DNA from: Nitrospirota bacterium
GTDB lineage: Bacteria; Nitrospirota; UBA9217
DNA: 64,000 nucleotides
Assembly: GCA_963845065.1 (NCBI GenBank)
Contig: CAWJQQ010000009.1
Span: 224,001-288,000, forward strand
Direction: 5' to 3'
Part shown: positions 41,075 to 51,365 of the stretch, piece by piece
How positions within the stretch are numbered: position 1 is the stretch's first letter
Layout of the letters: every line of letters begins with the position of its first letter
Made by a program: the position numbers and the translations under genes
The notes under the pieces: generated by a model
The model's database searches: none
Told to the model about the DNA's origin: nothing
Seen by the model: the letters and a program-made list of their open reading frames with translations, nothing else

Positions 41075-42265
41075 CTAACTTGCTTTTTGTAATACCTCTC
41101 GAATTGCATTCCCCAATCGGCGAATACCAATCTCTATTGTTTTCTCATCAACACACGAAAAATTCAGCCGCATCGTACTTGTTCTTGTTTTGTTGACGTA
41201 GAAGGGGTCGCCCGGAACAAATATGACCTTGTCTTTTACCGCTAGATCAAACAGGTCGAGCGATGTAGCGTTCTGTGGCAATTCGGCCCAAAGAAACATT
41301 CCACCATCGGGCTTCGTATGCTTAACGTTCGACGGGAAATGCTTCGCTATACTGCTGAGCATTGCCTGGCATTGACAGCCATAGGCATTCCGTATTTTCT
41401 CTATATGCTCGTCAATATTATTGTCACGCAAGTAATGATAAATAATGCTTTGCGTAAAATGGCTTGTGTGAAGATCGGAAGCCTGCTTCGCAATGATCAG
41501 GTTATCCATGACATATTTCGGGGCAGCGATCCATCCCAGCCGGAACCCCGGCACGATAATTTTTGAAAAAGAACCTAAGAGTATCGTGTTGTCGGGCAGC
41601 AGTTCCTTGAAAGATAGTTTGCATTCTCCGGAAAATCGCAACTCGCCATAGGGATCATCTTCGATCAAGAGAGTCTTTGTTCCTTGAAGTATTTTCGAAA
41701 TAGATAGCCTGTTTTCTTCCGAATAAGTGATGCCCGACGGATTCTGGAAATTCGGGACCGTGTACATCAGTTTTGGTTTTTCCGAGGACATGACGTGCCG
41801 CAGTCTTTGTGTATCCATCCCTTGTTCAGAAACTGTTATCGGGAGAAACTTCGGCTTGTAAATCGAAAATGCCTGGATCGCCCCCAGGTACCCAGGCTCT
41901 TCCAGGACTACACTGTCGCCTTTGTTCAGGAAAATCTTCCCTAAAAGATCCAAACCTTGTTGAGATCCGCTGGTGATTAGAATATCTTCGACCGGGATCT
42001 CGAGTTTTCTCTTTTGGCGATATCTCTCAGCAATATATTCTCTCAGCTTAAGATATCCTTCCGAATTGCTGTACTGAAAAACATCGTTCCCATGGATTTC
42101 GAAGACCTTATTCGTCGCTGCTTTAAGCTCCCCGGTAGGGAAAAGCTGTCTGTTCGGGAGCCCGCCTGCAAATGATATGACTGCAGGATCGAGTGCGACC
42201 TTGAGTATTTCACGGATGAATGAACGGGGTACGTCAGCAATTCGATCAGAAAATATGCTATCCAT
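41075..42265 (-). CDS. PLP-dependent class I aminotransferase (LysN/ARO8-like)
   Basis: ISFAGGLP, GSQQGLD, PNFQNPSG, EDDPY, GSFSKI..PG.RLGW. Confidence 0.93.
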   Translation of the reverse strand: MDSIFSDRIADVPRSFIREILKVALDPAVISFAGGLPNRQLFPTGELKAATNKVFEIHGNDVFQYSNSEGYLKLREYIAERYRQKRKLEIPVEDILITSGSQQGLDLLGKIFLNKGDSVVLEEPGYLGAIQAFSIYKPKFLPITVSEQGMDTQRLRHVMSSEKPKLMYTVPNFQNPSGITYSEENRLSISKILQGTKTLLIEDDPYGELRFSGECKLSFKELLPDNTILLGSFSKIIVPGFRLGWIAAPKYVMDNLIIAKQASDLHTSHFTQSIIYHYLRDNNIDEHIEKIRNAYGCQCQAMLSSIAKHFPSNVKHTKPDGGMFLWAELPQNATSLDLFDLAVKDKVIFVPGDPFYVNKTRTSTMRLNFSCVDEKTIEIGIRRLGNAIREVLQKAS

Positions 42266-42478
42266 ATAATTTATCCTCATGCATGGTAAAAGCAAAGCAG
42301 ATGGAGCTACGATATTCGTGAGCATCCCGGAAATCAAGAGAAAAAAAAGAGTGAATTGCGAAACCCAGTGTTCCTCAATTCCCTCAACCATGCATTTGCT
42401 AGAACAGGCTGAAGTATTCGAAATATGTCCACCTGATGAAAGCGACATGGCCAATCTTAAGAGGAACCTTAAAATTGG

Positions 42479-43375
42479 TTATGGTGTCTCTCTCATTCGC
42501 CGCTGCCCGGCTATAACGAGTATGACCCCGGCAAGGATAGTGAGCATCGCAAGGACACCAGATGCGGTTACGGTCTCGTCCGCGATCCAGAGTCCGAGCA
42601 ATACCGCCAGGATCGGATTCACATAGGCATAACTGGTTGCCAGCGCTGGTCGGACGTTTTTCAGCAAATAAGTATATGCGGTGTATCCCAGAAGCGAGCC
42701 GAAGAGAGCGAGATACACCATCGCACCGAGCGCCCTCATGGACGGGTGTGTTGGGACGCGCTCACCTGAAGCAAAACCGACAACGAGCACCAGCAGTCCT
42801 CCGCTGAACATCTGCGCCGCACTTGCCATCATGCCCGAAGGAAGGGGCAGACGCAGGCTCAGAACGGACCCGAACGACCACGAAGCCGCGGACAGGACAA
42901 GCAAGACAGCGCCAGCGGGATGGGCGCGCAGGTCGCCTTCGATGTTCAGGAGGATAATTCCCGCAAGACCGAGGATAAGGCCGATCCACTCGTGCCGTGC
43001 AGGCCATTGTTTCCATATGCCGGCGAACAGCACGGTCCAGAGCGGCGTGGTCGCGAGCACGAGCGCGGCAATGCCTGACCCCACCCACTGCTCTGCATAC
43101 ACTACCCCGCCTGTCCCGCCTAGAAGCAGGAAGGCACCGACCGTTAATGAGGCAAGCCATTGCGGCCTTCTTGGTGACGGCACGCCCCGCGAGCGCAAGT
43201 AAAGATACATTCCGGCGCCGACCAGCATGTACCGGGACCCTGCAATGAAAAGCGGCGGGAAACTTTCGAGCGAGATCCGTATCGCAAGGTACGTGGAGCT
43301 CCAGGCTATGTATAGCGTGAGGAGTGCGGTAATAATCCTGGTCCTGCCCGCTCCAGTCAGGCTAGTGCTACTCAC
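42479..43375 (-). CDS. yedA: EamA/DMT transporter YedA
   Basis: 10 TM; W.STYLAI and LATSYAYVNP. Confidence 0.88.
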   Translation of the reverse strand: MSSTSLTGAGRTRIITALLTLYIAWSSTYLAIRISLESFPPLFIAGSRYMLVGAGMYLYLRSRGVPSPRRPQWLASLTVGAFLLLGGTGGVVYAEQWVGSGIAALVLATTPLWTVLFAGIWKQWPARHEWIGLILGLAGIILLNIEGDLRAHPAGAVLLVLSAASWSFGSVLSLRLPLPSGMMASAAQMFSGGLLVLVVGFASGERVPTHPSMRALGAMVYLALFGSLLGYTAYTYLLKNVRPALATSYAYVNPILAVLLGLWIADETVTASGVLAMLTILAGVILVIAGQRRMRETP

Positions 43376-45116
43376 TTCGATCTCTCGCGTTTGAACATTC
43401 CCCGGATTGATCTTGGAAACTTTCTGGTATCTTTAAAGCCGGCAATCTGTTCAAGGCGCTTATGATTGCCCTGAGCGATGCAATCGAGATATTTGTGTCC
43501 ACGCCTGAGCCGAAAACATTGTTATTGTCCTTATCCCGAATTTGGATGTAAGCGACAGCCTGCGAGTCAGACCCTTGCTCCAACGCGTGTTCGTAGTAAG
43601 CCGTAACGTCAAAGTCGATATTGAGCTCGGTCCTGAGCGCTTTGCAGAAAGCGTCAATTGGCCCATTGCCGGCTCCTGCTATGCCACGTTCCCTTCCGTT
43701 TATTGCAATGAGTGCCTTTATCTCGGCGCTGCGGACATTGGTGGTTTGTCCTGCAGGCTGCTCATCGATCCGGCAGGTTTTGATAGACAGCGGGACACTC
43801 TTTTTTAAATATTCTCGTTCAAAAGCGTCCCAAATGATATCTGGCAAGACTTCTTTACCGGTTTGCTCCGAGATTGCCTGGATCATCCGGCTGAATTCAG
43901 GATGCATCTCCCGGGGCAGGGAAAAGCCGTATTCCTTCTCCATGACGTAGGCAACGCCGCCCTTGCCGGACTGGCTGTTAATCCGGATGACATTCTCAAA
44001 AGTCCGTCCCACGTCCGTCGGATCGATCGGCAAATAGGGCACATCCCAAAAGCCTGACCGTTCATGATCACGAGCTTTCATTCCTTTGTTGATAGCATCC
44101 TGATGAGACCCGGAAAAAGCCGTATACACCAGCTCTCCGGCATAGGGATGCCGCGGGTGAACATGGAGCCTCGTGCACTGTTCGTACGTTGCGATGATAC
44201 GGTCTATGTCGTGGAAGTCCAGTTTCGGATCGATACCCTGGGAGCACAGGTTCATAGCCAGTGTAACCAGGTCAACGTTGCCGGTGCGCTCGCCGTTCCC
44301 GAAAAGCGTGCCCTCGACTCGTTCTGCGCCTGCCAATAGCGCAAGTTCCGTCGCTGCCACGCCAGTGCCGCGGTCGTTATGGACATGGACACTGAGCACA
44401 ACAGATGTTCGGTTCCGCAGATGCCCGCTGAACCACTCGATCCGGTCTGCATAAACGTTCGGCGTTGACATCTCAACCGTTGCCGGCAGGTTCAGAATTA
44501 TTTTCCCGTCCAACGTCGGCTGCCAGACATCAGTTACTGCTTCACAGATCTCGAGAGCAAAACCGAGCTCCGTTCCGGTGAAGCTCTCAGGCGAATATTC
44601 GAAAATAAAATTTGTATTCGTGAGCTTTGCGGTCTCTTCTTTGACCAGCTGTGCGCCGGTAACAGCGAGTTTGATGATCTCTTTCTTGCCCATGTGAAAA
44701 ACGACCCTGCGCTGGAGTTCCGAAGTCGAATTATACATGTGCACGATTGCGCAGCGTGCGTTGCGCAGAGATTCAACAGTCCTCTTGATCAGGTGTTCCC
44801 GCGCCTGCGTAAGCACCTGGAGAGTGACGTCATCAGGCACGAGACGTTTTTCGATCAGTGTTCGGACAAAGTCGAACTCGATCTGCGACGCCGAGGGAAA
44901 TCCGACTTCAATCTCCTTGAATCCCATGTCTACGAGCAGCTGAAACATCTTCAGTTTTTCTTCGACACTCATCGGAACAACAAGCGCCTGGTTCCCGTCC
45001 CTCAGGTCCACGCTGCACCATGCGGGCGCAGTCGTTATCCTTTTTGACGGCCAGATGCGATCAGGCAGATGGACTGGAGAGTAGGGCCTGTATTTATCTC
45101 TTGGCATGATATGCAT
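43368..45116 (-). CDS. leuA: 2-isopropylmalate synthase (long, yeast/actinobacterial type)
   Basis: WCSVDLRDGNQAL, EYSPESF, HNDRG, FSGSHQDAI, NSQSGKGG, GNGPIDA; AAGGAG RBS. Confidence 0.95.
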   Translation of the reverse strand: MHIMPRDKYRPYSPVHLPDRIWPSKRITTAPAWCSVDLRDGNQALVVPMSVEEKLKMFQLLVDMGFKEIEVGFPSASQIEFDFVRTLIEKRLVPDDVTLQVLTQAREHLIKRTVESLRNARCAIVHMYNSTSELQRRVVFHMGKKEIIKLAVTGAQLVKEETAKLTNTNFIFEYSPESFTGTELGFALEICEAVTDVWQPTLDGKIILNLPATVEMSTPNVYADRIEWFSGHLRNRTSVVLSVHVHNDRGTGVAATELALLAGAERVEGTLFGNGERTGNVDLVTLAMNLCSQGIDPKLDFHDIDRIIATYEQCTRLHVHPRHPYAGELVYTAFSGSHQDAINKGMKARDHERSGFWDVPYLPIDPTDVGRTFENVIRINSQSGKGGVAYVMEKEYGFSLPREMHPEFSRMIQAISEQTGKEVLPDIIWDAFEREYLKKSVPLSIKTCRIDEQPAGQTTNVRSAEIKALIAINGRERGIAGAGNGPIDAFCKALRTELNIDFDVTAYYEHALEQGSDSQAVAYIQIRDKDNNNVFGSGVDTNISIASLRAIISALNRLPALKIPESFQDQSGECSNARDRSE

Positions 45117-45213
45117 GGTACACTCCTTACGATAAGTGCGGGGCTGGAATAAAAACAATGCCTATTACGGCAAAGCTCGCAAAGTGAAGACAACGTTTTC
45201 GGCATAACAGACG

Positions 45214-45380
45214 AAAATAAAAAAGGCCACGGATTATATTTTCCGCGGCCTTGCAGGTGTTTTCTATTCTATTGTATAGGCAATAAGTTAATAGAATCCC
45301 CCCTCAGCCACGGCAACTAGGAGCCATGCTGCTTTGCGGACGCGCTGTAGAGTAATGAGATTGAGATTCATTGAGTTCAT
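45214..45380 (-). promoter_or_regulatory. putative leuA transcription attenuator (leader peptide 45380-45288 + terminator)
   Basis: Leader MNSMNLNLITLQRVRKAAWLLVAVAEGGFY*. Terminator GGCCGCGG-loop-CCGTGGCC-TTTTTT. A competing CCGTGGC lies inside the leader. Confidence 0.65.
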
Positions 45381-45770
45381 GAATTAAATATAGGGAATAT
45401 CCTTTCAGCTGTCAAGATATTTTTTGGCTTTTTTGATATATATCGCTGACGAATACATGTTGAAAATTAAGTGTTTCAGAGAATGAAAACTTCAACAAGT
45501 TCATGTATGGAGCGTGCGCCCTGCTTCAGTTGATTCTAAACGTTATCTTGTGTCTGTCTCGATGCACACTTACTTCTCAGTGGGCACGCCCCTATCTAAT
45601 TAGAGGTGATGACTTTTGGATGTTAGCCGCGACGCATAAATACCGGGAAAGAAATACTTTATTGGTATCATTATTTGCTCATAAAATCAAACTATTACAT
45701 ACCTTTTGACTTCATAGTAAAATTTCGAGAGACCATAATTGCATGAAATAGTTTCCAAAAATCGCAACTA

Positions 45771-45788
45771 TTATGACGCACATCATAC
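45771..45788 (+). promoter_or_regulatory. Crp/Fnr (HcpR-like) box upstream of hcp
   Basis: TTATGA-CGCACA-TCATAC pseudo-palindrome (TGA-N6-TCA). Confidence 0.55.
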
Positions 45789-45870
45789 GTGATCTGCCAT
45801 TAATCATGTATACTCGGCTCACATTAATGATGTCGATCCACATTTTTTAATATTAAAAGGAGAATACACC

Positions 45871-47559
45871 ATGTTTTGTTATCAATGCGAGCAAGCAGCC
45901 AATGGAAAGGGCTGCACCAAGATCGGCGTATGCGGTAAGGACCCGGAAGTTTCTGCATTGCAGGACCTCTTGATCTATACTCTGAAAGGGTTGTCGCTCT
46001 ATGCCGTGCAGGGAAGAAAAGTCGGTGTTGTGGACCAGGACGTAAATATATTTTTAACGAAGGCGCTTTTTTCAACGCTTACTAATGTCGATTTCGATCC
46101 CAGGCGGTTCGAAAATCTCATTCATAAATCCGTGGAACTCCGCGAGATCCTTGCCGGCAAGGTCAAGACTGCTGGCGGCAAAACGGATTTTTCCCACGGG
46201 AGCGCGTCATACAGGCCGGAAACAACGATTGAGGGCCTCGTGCACCAAGGAAGAAAAGTCATTGAGCGCGTGCCCGATATTGCGGTTAACCCGGACATTC
46301 AATCCCTTCAGGATATTCTACTCTTCGGATTGAAGGGCGTAGCCGCGTATGCAGACCATGCGCAGATCCTTGGGAAAACCGATGATTCCGTCTATGCGTT
46401 CATGAGTGAAGCCCTGGCTGCCATGACTGGGGCAGAGCGAGGCCTCGAGGACTGGATCCGTCTTGTCCTAAAGTGTGGTGAGGTCAATCTCAAAGCCATG
46501 GAAACCCTTGATGCGGGCAACACTGGCGCCTATGGCCACCCGATCCCGACTAAGGTCCCTTTGGGAGTGAAAAAAGGCAAAGCCCTTCTGGTGTCCGGGC
46601 ATGATCTTAAGGACCTCGAAACGATACTTAAGCAGACCGAGGGCAAAGGGATTAACGTCTACACCCACGGCGAAATGCTTCCGGCACATGGTTATCCGGG
46701 CCTTAAGAAATATTCACACTTCTACGGACATTACGGTACTGCCTGGCAGAACCAGCACAAGGAATTCGCCCACTTCCCGGGAGCAATCGTGATGACCACG
46801 AACTGCATCCAGAAACCGCACGAATCGTACAGGTCGAATATATTTACCTGCGGGCTCGTCGGCTGGCCCGATGTGAAACACCTTGCTGCTGACGACTTTA
46901 CGCCTGCGATAGACAGAGCTCTCGTCCTTCCAGGATTCCTGAATGATATGGAGGGCAAGGAAGTATTTGCAGGATTTGCACGGAATGCTGTACTCGGCGT
47001 GGCTGGCAAGGTAGTTGAGGCAGTCAAGGCGGGAAATATCCGCCACTTCTTTCTCGTGGGCGGCTGCGACGGTGCAAAACCGGGCAGGAACTACTATACC
47101 GAATTCGTGGAAAAAACGCCCAAGGACACGGTAGTCTTGACTCTTGCCTGCGGCAAGTTCCGGTTTTTTGACAAAGAGCTGGGAGACATTGGCGGCATTC
47201 CGCGGTTGCTGGATATCGGCCAGTGCAACGACGCCTATTCGGCAATCCAGATCGCGGTTGCCTTATCCAAGGCATTTAACGTGAGCGTGAATGATTTGCC
47301 TCTCTCCCTAGTCCTCTCCTGGTACGAGCAAAAGGCTGTTTCCATTCTGCTCTCACTGCTCCATCTCGGAATCAAGGACATCCGGCTCGGACCGTCGCTC
47401 CCCGCGTTTATCACTCCGAATATCCTCGATGTACTCGTGAAAAATTTCGGCATCAAGCCGATCGCGGCAACGCCGGAGGCTGATCTTGAAGAAATTCTTG
47501 GACCCTGCTGGTCCAAGACCAAAGCGGAATGCGTTGAGGCGAACCTAGTGAACGCCTAG
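45871..47559 (+). CDS. hcp: hybrid cluster protein (hydroxylamine reductase)
   Basis: MFCYQCEQ...C...GVCGK, SGHDL, YTHGEMLP, GGCDG, GQCND, SWYEQKA. Confidence 0.97.
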   Translation: MFCYQCEQAANGKGCTKIGVCGKDPEVSALQDLLIYTLKGLSLYAVQGRKVGVVDQDVNIFLTKALFSTLTNVDFDPRRFENLIHKSVELREILAGKVKTAGGKTDFSHGSASYRPETTIEGLVHQGRKVIERVPDIAVNPDIQSLQDILLFGLKGVAAYADHAQILGKTDDSVYAFMSEALAAMTGAERGLEDWIRLVLKCGEVNLKAMETLDAGNTGAYGHPIPTKVPLGVKKGKALLVSGHDLKDLETILKQTEGKGINVYTHGEMLPAHGYPGLKKYSHFYGHYGTAWQNQHKEFAHFPGAIVMTTNCIQKPHESYRSNIFTCGLVGWPDVKHLAADDFTPAIDRALVLPGFLNDMEGKEVFAGFARNAVLGVAGKVVEAVKAGNIRHFFLVGGCDGAKPGRNYYTEFVEKTPKDTVVLTLACGKFRFFDKELGDIGGIPRLLDIGQCNDAYSAIQIAVALSKAFNVSVNDLPLSLVLSWYEQKAVSILLSLLHLGIKDIRLGPSLPAFITPNILDVLVKNFGIKPIAATPEADLEEILGPCWSKTKAECVEANLVNA

Positions 47560-47577
47560 TTTTACCGCTCATCCACG

Positions 47578-47617
47578 TACCAGGCAGGCCGGTTCATCCG
47601 TTCTGCCTGGTATTTTT
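47578..47617 (+). terminator. terminator after hcp
   Basis: TACCAGGCAG...CTGCCTGGTA followed by a T-tract. Confidence 0.7.
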
Positions 47618-47865
47618 CAAGAGCTATGTATTTGATTGCCGGCGCTACTGAGCAGGCAGCAACAACTCACCGAGTGATCTTCGAGTGATGAGTAATCGAA
47701 GGAAATACCTTTTAAGTCGTTATCGCCAAGACGTTTGTCTTCTGTCCATTAAAAATGGAAGGCAGCGTTGACTAAATCATTGTGAATGTACATCCTATTT
47801 TTTGACTCAGGTCTTACCCGTATTTCCCCATATAACCGCTAACTGGCTTTTTTCTACGTTAAACG

Positions 47866-48195
47866 TCATGGTTTCGTCATTCGCTGAAGAAGCGTCTGGA
47901 CGTGAGCGCGACGGTCGCTGAAATCAATAAGCGGCGTCACTCGCGTCTCAGCAACCGTCCACAGTGGTAAGCTAGAAACGAGCTGGTCAAGCTGCGCGGT
48001 TGTCTCCACATCCACGATAAGACGCAGCGCTATGCGCCCGGCTACTGGCCCGCCTGCCACGATACGGCCTTGTTGAACAAGCTGTTCGGCCCTGGTGAGT
48101 GTCGGGAAAATAATACCTTCGATGAAGGTGCGAGCAGTCTCTTCTGAATATGGCTGGCCTGTCTTCGGATGGTCAAGCTCAACTAGGAATTTCAT
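47866..48195 (-). CDS. muconolactone isomerase-like small protein
   Basis: MKFLVE...GRIVAGG...LD.LV.SLP.W....T.VTPL pattern. Confidence 0.65.
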   Translation of the reverse strand: MKFLVELDHPKTGQPYSEETARTFIEGIIFPTLTRAEQLVQQGRIVAGGPVAGRIALRLIVDVETTAQLDQLVSSLPLWTVAETRVTPLIDFSDRRAHVQTLLQRMTKP

Positions 48196-48796
48196 TTGCT
48201 GTCCTTTCTTTTTGGAATGCATGAATGACACCAAGTAATTGAGCAGACAACTGCTCAACACGCTGAAAAGTGTGGAGTTTGACAATTAGAATAAGTGCTA
48301 TCGCAGATTGTTACGAATATATTCCTGATCTCAGGCGATGTCAATGCCGTCGTATTCTCATGTCAAGTCGTATTCTCATGCCGTCGTATTCTCACCACAA
48401 AACCATCGACTCGAGCGCGAGATGAGTTCATAATGCATCACGCATAACAGGTCGTGGATATGCGAAATGTTGCGAATGGGTGCAAAGATAAAGGCAATTC
48501 AGTGATAGCATGAAAAACTTTCACTATGAGCATTAGGAAAACGACAAAAAAAAATTGGATGTTAAATAATATATATAAAAATAGAGGAAAGTAGCATCTG
48601 TTCATTGATTTGTATTACTTTATAATTATGAACTTGACTTAATATATTCCCTGTGATAAATTTTAAAAAACAAGTAAATTAAATTCAAACCGAATAATAT
48701 TGCTGGATTTTGCAATTGTTCTTGTGATACCGGTAACAACAGGATTTTTATAGAAATTAGCATTAACCGACAATATGTCTGGCATCTAATGGAGTA

Positions 48797-48812
48797 TGGT
48801 AGGTTATTTGCA
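48797..48812 (+). promoter_or_regulatory. sigma54 promoter candidate for PEP-CTERM gene 1
   Basis: TGGTAGGTTATTTGCA with GG-N10-GC spacing. Confidence 0.55.
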
Positions 48813-48863
48813 GATGAGCTTCATAACGCTGGAAGAAAATACAAACAGAAAGGAGAGATTCCA

Positions 48864-49091
48864 ATGAAAAAGTATTTGGTAAAGAGCCTAATGCTCGGTG
48901 CGCTTTTGTTGGTGCTGACAGGTTCGGCATATGCCCACGACTTTTTCCATGGTCCCGGTGACTGGAACAACTGGAATAACGGAGACCATAGGCGGTGCAA
49001 TGTGCCAGAGCCTTCATCGATTGCCCTTCTCAGTTCAGGGATGGCAGGGATAGGCCTGTTCAGCTTTATCAAGAGAAAAAACCGCAAATAG
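48864..49091 (+). CDS. minimal PEP-CTERM protein 1 (75 aa)
   Basis: Signal peptide ending AYA, 22-aa mature part, VPEPSS + TM + KRKNRK; AAGGAG RBS. Confidence 0.85.
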   Translation: MKKYLVKSLMLGALLLVLTGSAYAHDFFHGPGDWNNWNNGDHRRCNVPEPSSIALLSSGMAGIGLFSFIKRKNRK

Positions 49092-49705
49092 AAACAAGAA
49101 ATTCGGTATCGCGGTTTTTTCCGATAACCGTCCCGGCGGATTACGGGCAGGGATGAAGAAGAGGATTTTATTTCTCGATTTACGTACTGCCCGTAAAAAC
49201 AGCCGCAAAAGAAATTCTTCACTCGTTTCCCTTGTTACGCCAAGGAAGTAGTTGCTGTTGGTTTGCAATCTGCATTATCTCGGCATTCACTTTACCCCAT
49301 CTCTTGATACCCCGCATAAACATCACGATTCAAAATAATCCATCACTCATAATAAACCAGTCAAAATGATTGATTATGGCAGTTAAAGTACAAATTTAAC
49401 AAGCTATCCCTTTGATTCTTGAAGCTTAAATATACTGGTATTAGAATTGCAGATATAACATATATATAAAAAAAATTTAAATGTATAAATCTAAGGCTAA
49501 TATAAGGAATTCAATTTAAGTCAAACCTCGAAAAATTGATAACTGATTGCAGTAGTTCTGGATAACCGCGAAAAGAGGGCAGGGCCTGATGAGAAATTTC
49601 CCCCTTAGGTAAGAATATGAGTGGTATCTAATTCGGGATGCAAAGTTATTCGCAGATGGGCTTTATGACGCTGGACGAAAATACATACAGAAAGGAGAAA
49701 CTCCC

Positions 49706-49915
49706 ATGAAAAAGTACTTAGTAAATAGTTTAATGCTCGGCGCGCTTTTGTTGGTACTGACAGGCTCGGCATATGCCTGGGAGGGGGGGAGCCTCGGTAG
49801 CTACGGCGACCACAGAAGGTGCACTGTGCCGGAGCCTACATCGATTACCCTTCTCAGTTCAGGGATGGCAGGGATAGGCCTGTTCAGCTTTATCAGGAGA
49901 AAAAACCGCAAATAG
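49706..49915 (+). CDS. minimal PEP-CTERM protein 2 (69 aa)
   Basis: Same architecture with a 16-aa mature part, VPEPTS + TM + RRKNRK. Confidence 0.85.
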   Translation: MKKYLVNSLMLGALLLVLTGSAYAWEGGSLGSYGDHRRCTVPEPTSITLLSSGMAGIGLFSFIRRKNRK

Positions 49916-50308
49916 AAACGAGAGTTCGTAATTTCCTCGTTTATTGCAATAACCGTCCTGGAGGACTACGAACAGGGGGCCAGGTTCATCCCCCTCTCGT
50001 AGAGGGGACGAATGACGGAAGGGGGGAGAAATGTTTTGCTCATTTCCGTCGTAACACTCATACAGCAGCTACTTTCGGTAAGAAATCCGCTTAAATCCAG
50101 TATTCACTAATCCATCCATATTTTCTTGATTCATTTCATAATCACAAATAGGTCTCAATAATAAAACAAATCAGAAGCGGTCTCGGAACAATAATTTTCT
50201 TGAAAAAAAAATGCTTGCGGGTCAGTACGATATTTCATATCGGTTTTCAGTTTCAAATATGACGTTGGTGTCGATGATTGCACTTCCGGATTCACTGTTG
50301 TATCCTCA

Positions 50309-50491
50309 TTATGAGTGGACGTTCCCTGGATCTTTAATGCGCTTCTTGGCGGTATAGCAGGAATCGCAATAGATCCCCATGTCGTCTACATAGCCAGGTT
50401 TCCAAGAGATCGTGCTTGCATCCGTCTTCTCGCTCAGTCTCTTTCCACAAATGCTGCAATGGGAATTTCTTGTCGTTTTGTTTTTCTTCAT
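50309..50491 (-). CDS. small CxxC..CxxC (Zn-ribbon-like) protein
   Basis: 60 aa, CSICG...CDSC, AGGGGG RBS. Confidence 0.45.
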   Translation of the reverse strand: MKKNKTTRNSHCSICGKRLSEKTDASTISWKPGYVDDMGIYCDSCYTAKKRIKDPGNVHS

Positions 50492-50605
50492 ACGGATACC
50501 CCCTATACATAGCCGTGCGAGTGGGTGCGGTCACAGTGCCTTGTTCGACCTGCCAGATAACATTTGACAGATCAGTCTTTTTATAAAGCTGCGCTCTGCC
50601 CAGGC

Positions 50606-50976
50606 CTATGTCAACAGTTTAAAAGCATGGACCCAATCATTTCGGAGTAAGCCAGGGATGCACCAGAGCATGCACAATGGCTCTATCGCGCGTGCAGCCT
50701 CCACCTTGCCCATGTCTGCTGTTTCCCAACCAAACTGGTCGAGAATACTGCTTACAGTTTTCTTCGCCGCTTCATCGTTGCCGCAAATGAATATGGTTGG
50801 TTTGCCACCTTTGAACTGCGGGTTTACGATGCTTGCATGGCCGACAAAATTAAAAGCCCTAACGAAGCACACGCCTCCAAACTCACGCTGCAATCGCTCC
50901 ATGAGGGATTCGTCAAGATTGGTGAAGAACTTTAGAACGCCATTAGTTGGAAGGGTGTCTACTATAGGGTTCGTAC
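50606..50976 (-). pseudogene. 5'-truncated NADP oxidoreductase (F420-dependent family)
   Basis: TNPI...VLKFFT...ESLMERLQ..FVRAFN..FICGND..AK...DMG..EAARAIEPL. The N-terminal Rossmann motif is missing. Confidence 0.75.
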
Positions 50977-51047
50977 TGGCCCCTCTTATTTTTTAAAACG
51001 TTTGATGGTGTCACATATGAATCATCATCAGCACTAACGCACCGCGC

Positions 51048-51365
51048 CTAAATCTGCCAAAGCGTTTCATAGTTGGCAACCGGACGCTCAAAGACAACAC
51101 CCAGTTTAACAAACTCGCTTGCCAATGCAAGCATAGAGGGCAGTGTTTCCATTTGTTTTGCATTTGACAACGACTTCCACACGCTGACGTTGATCATTGT
51201 GCTAGTTGTCCGATCGATGCCAGACCAGTAATGCATGCAGCCACTCAATACCTTGATCGCGGGCACTAGCGTTTGCTGAGACTCATCGAGGCGTGCCTTG
51301 ATTCTCTCGTAGTCCTCGGGTTTAAACGATCCCCGAGATATTCTCAGGACTGACATATTGTTCAT
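51048..51365 (-). CDS. ABM-like (dimeric alpha+beta barrel) hypothetical protein
   Basis: 105 aa, LVPAI..L.G..HY..GID......NVSVW.S...A. Confidence 0.6.
   Translation of the reverse strand: MNNMSVLRISRGSFKPEDYERIKARLDESQQTLVPAIKVLSGCMHYWSGIDRTTSTMINVSVWKSLSNAKQMETLPSMLALASEFVKLGVVFERPVANYETLWQI

Noticed and set aside
48349..48394. CRISPR-like array from GTCGTATTCTCA x3
   Set aside because: The 12-bp units are separated by only a few bases; there are no spacers of CRISPR size.
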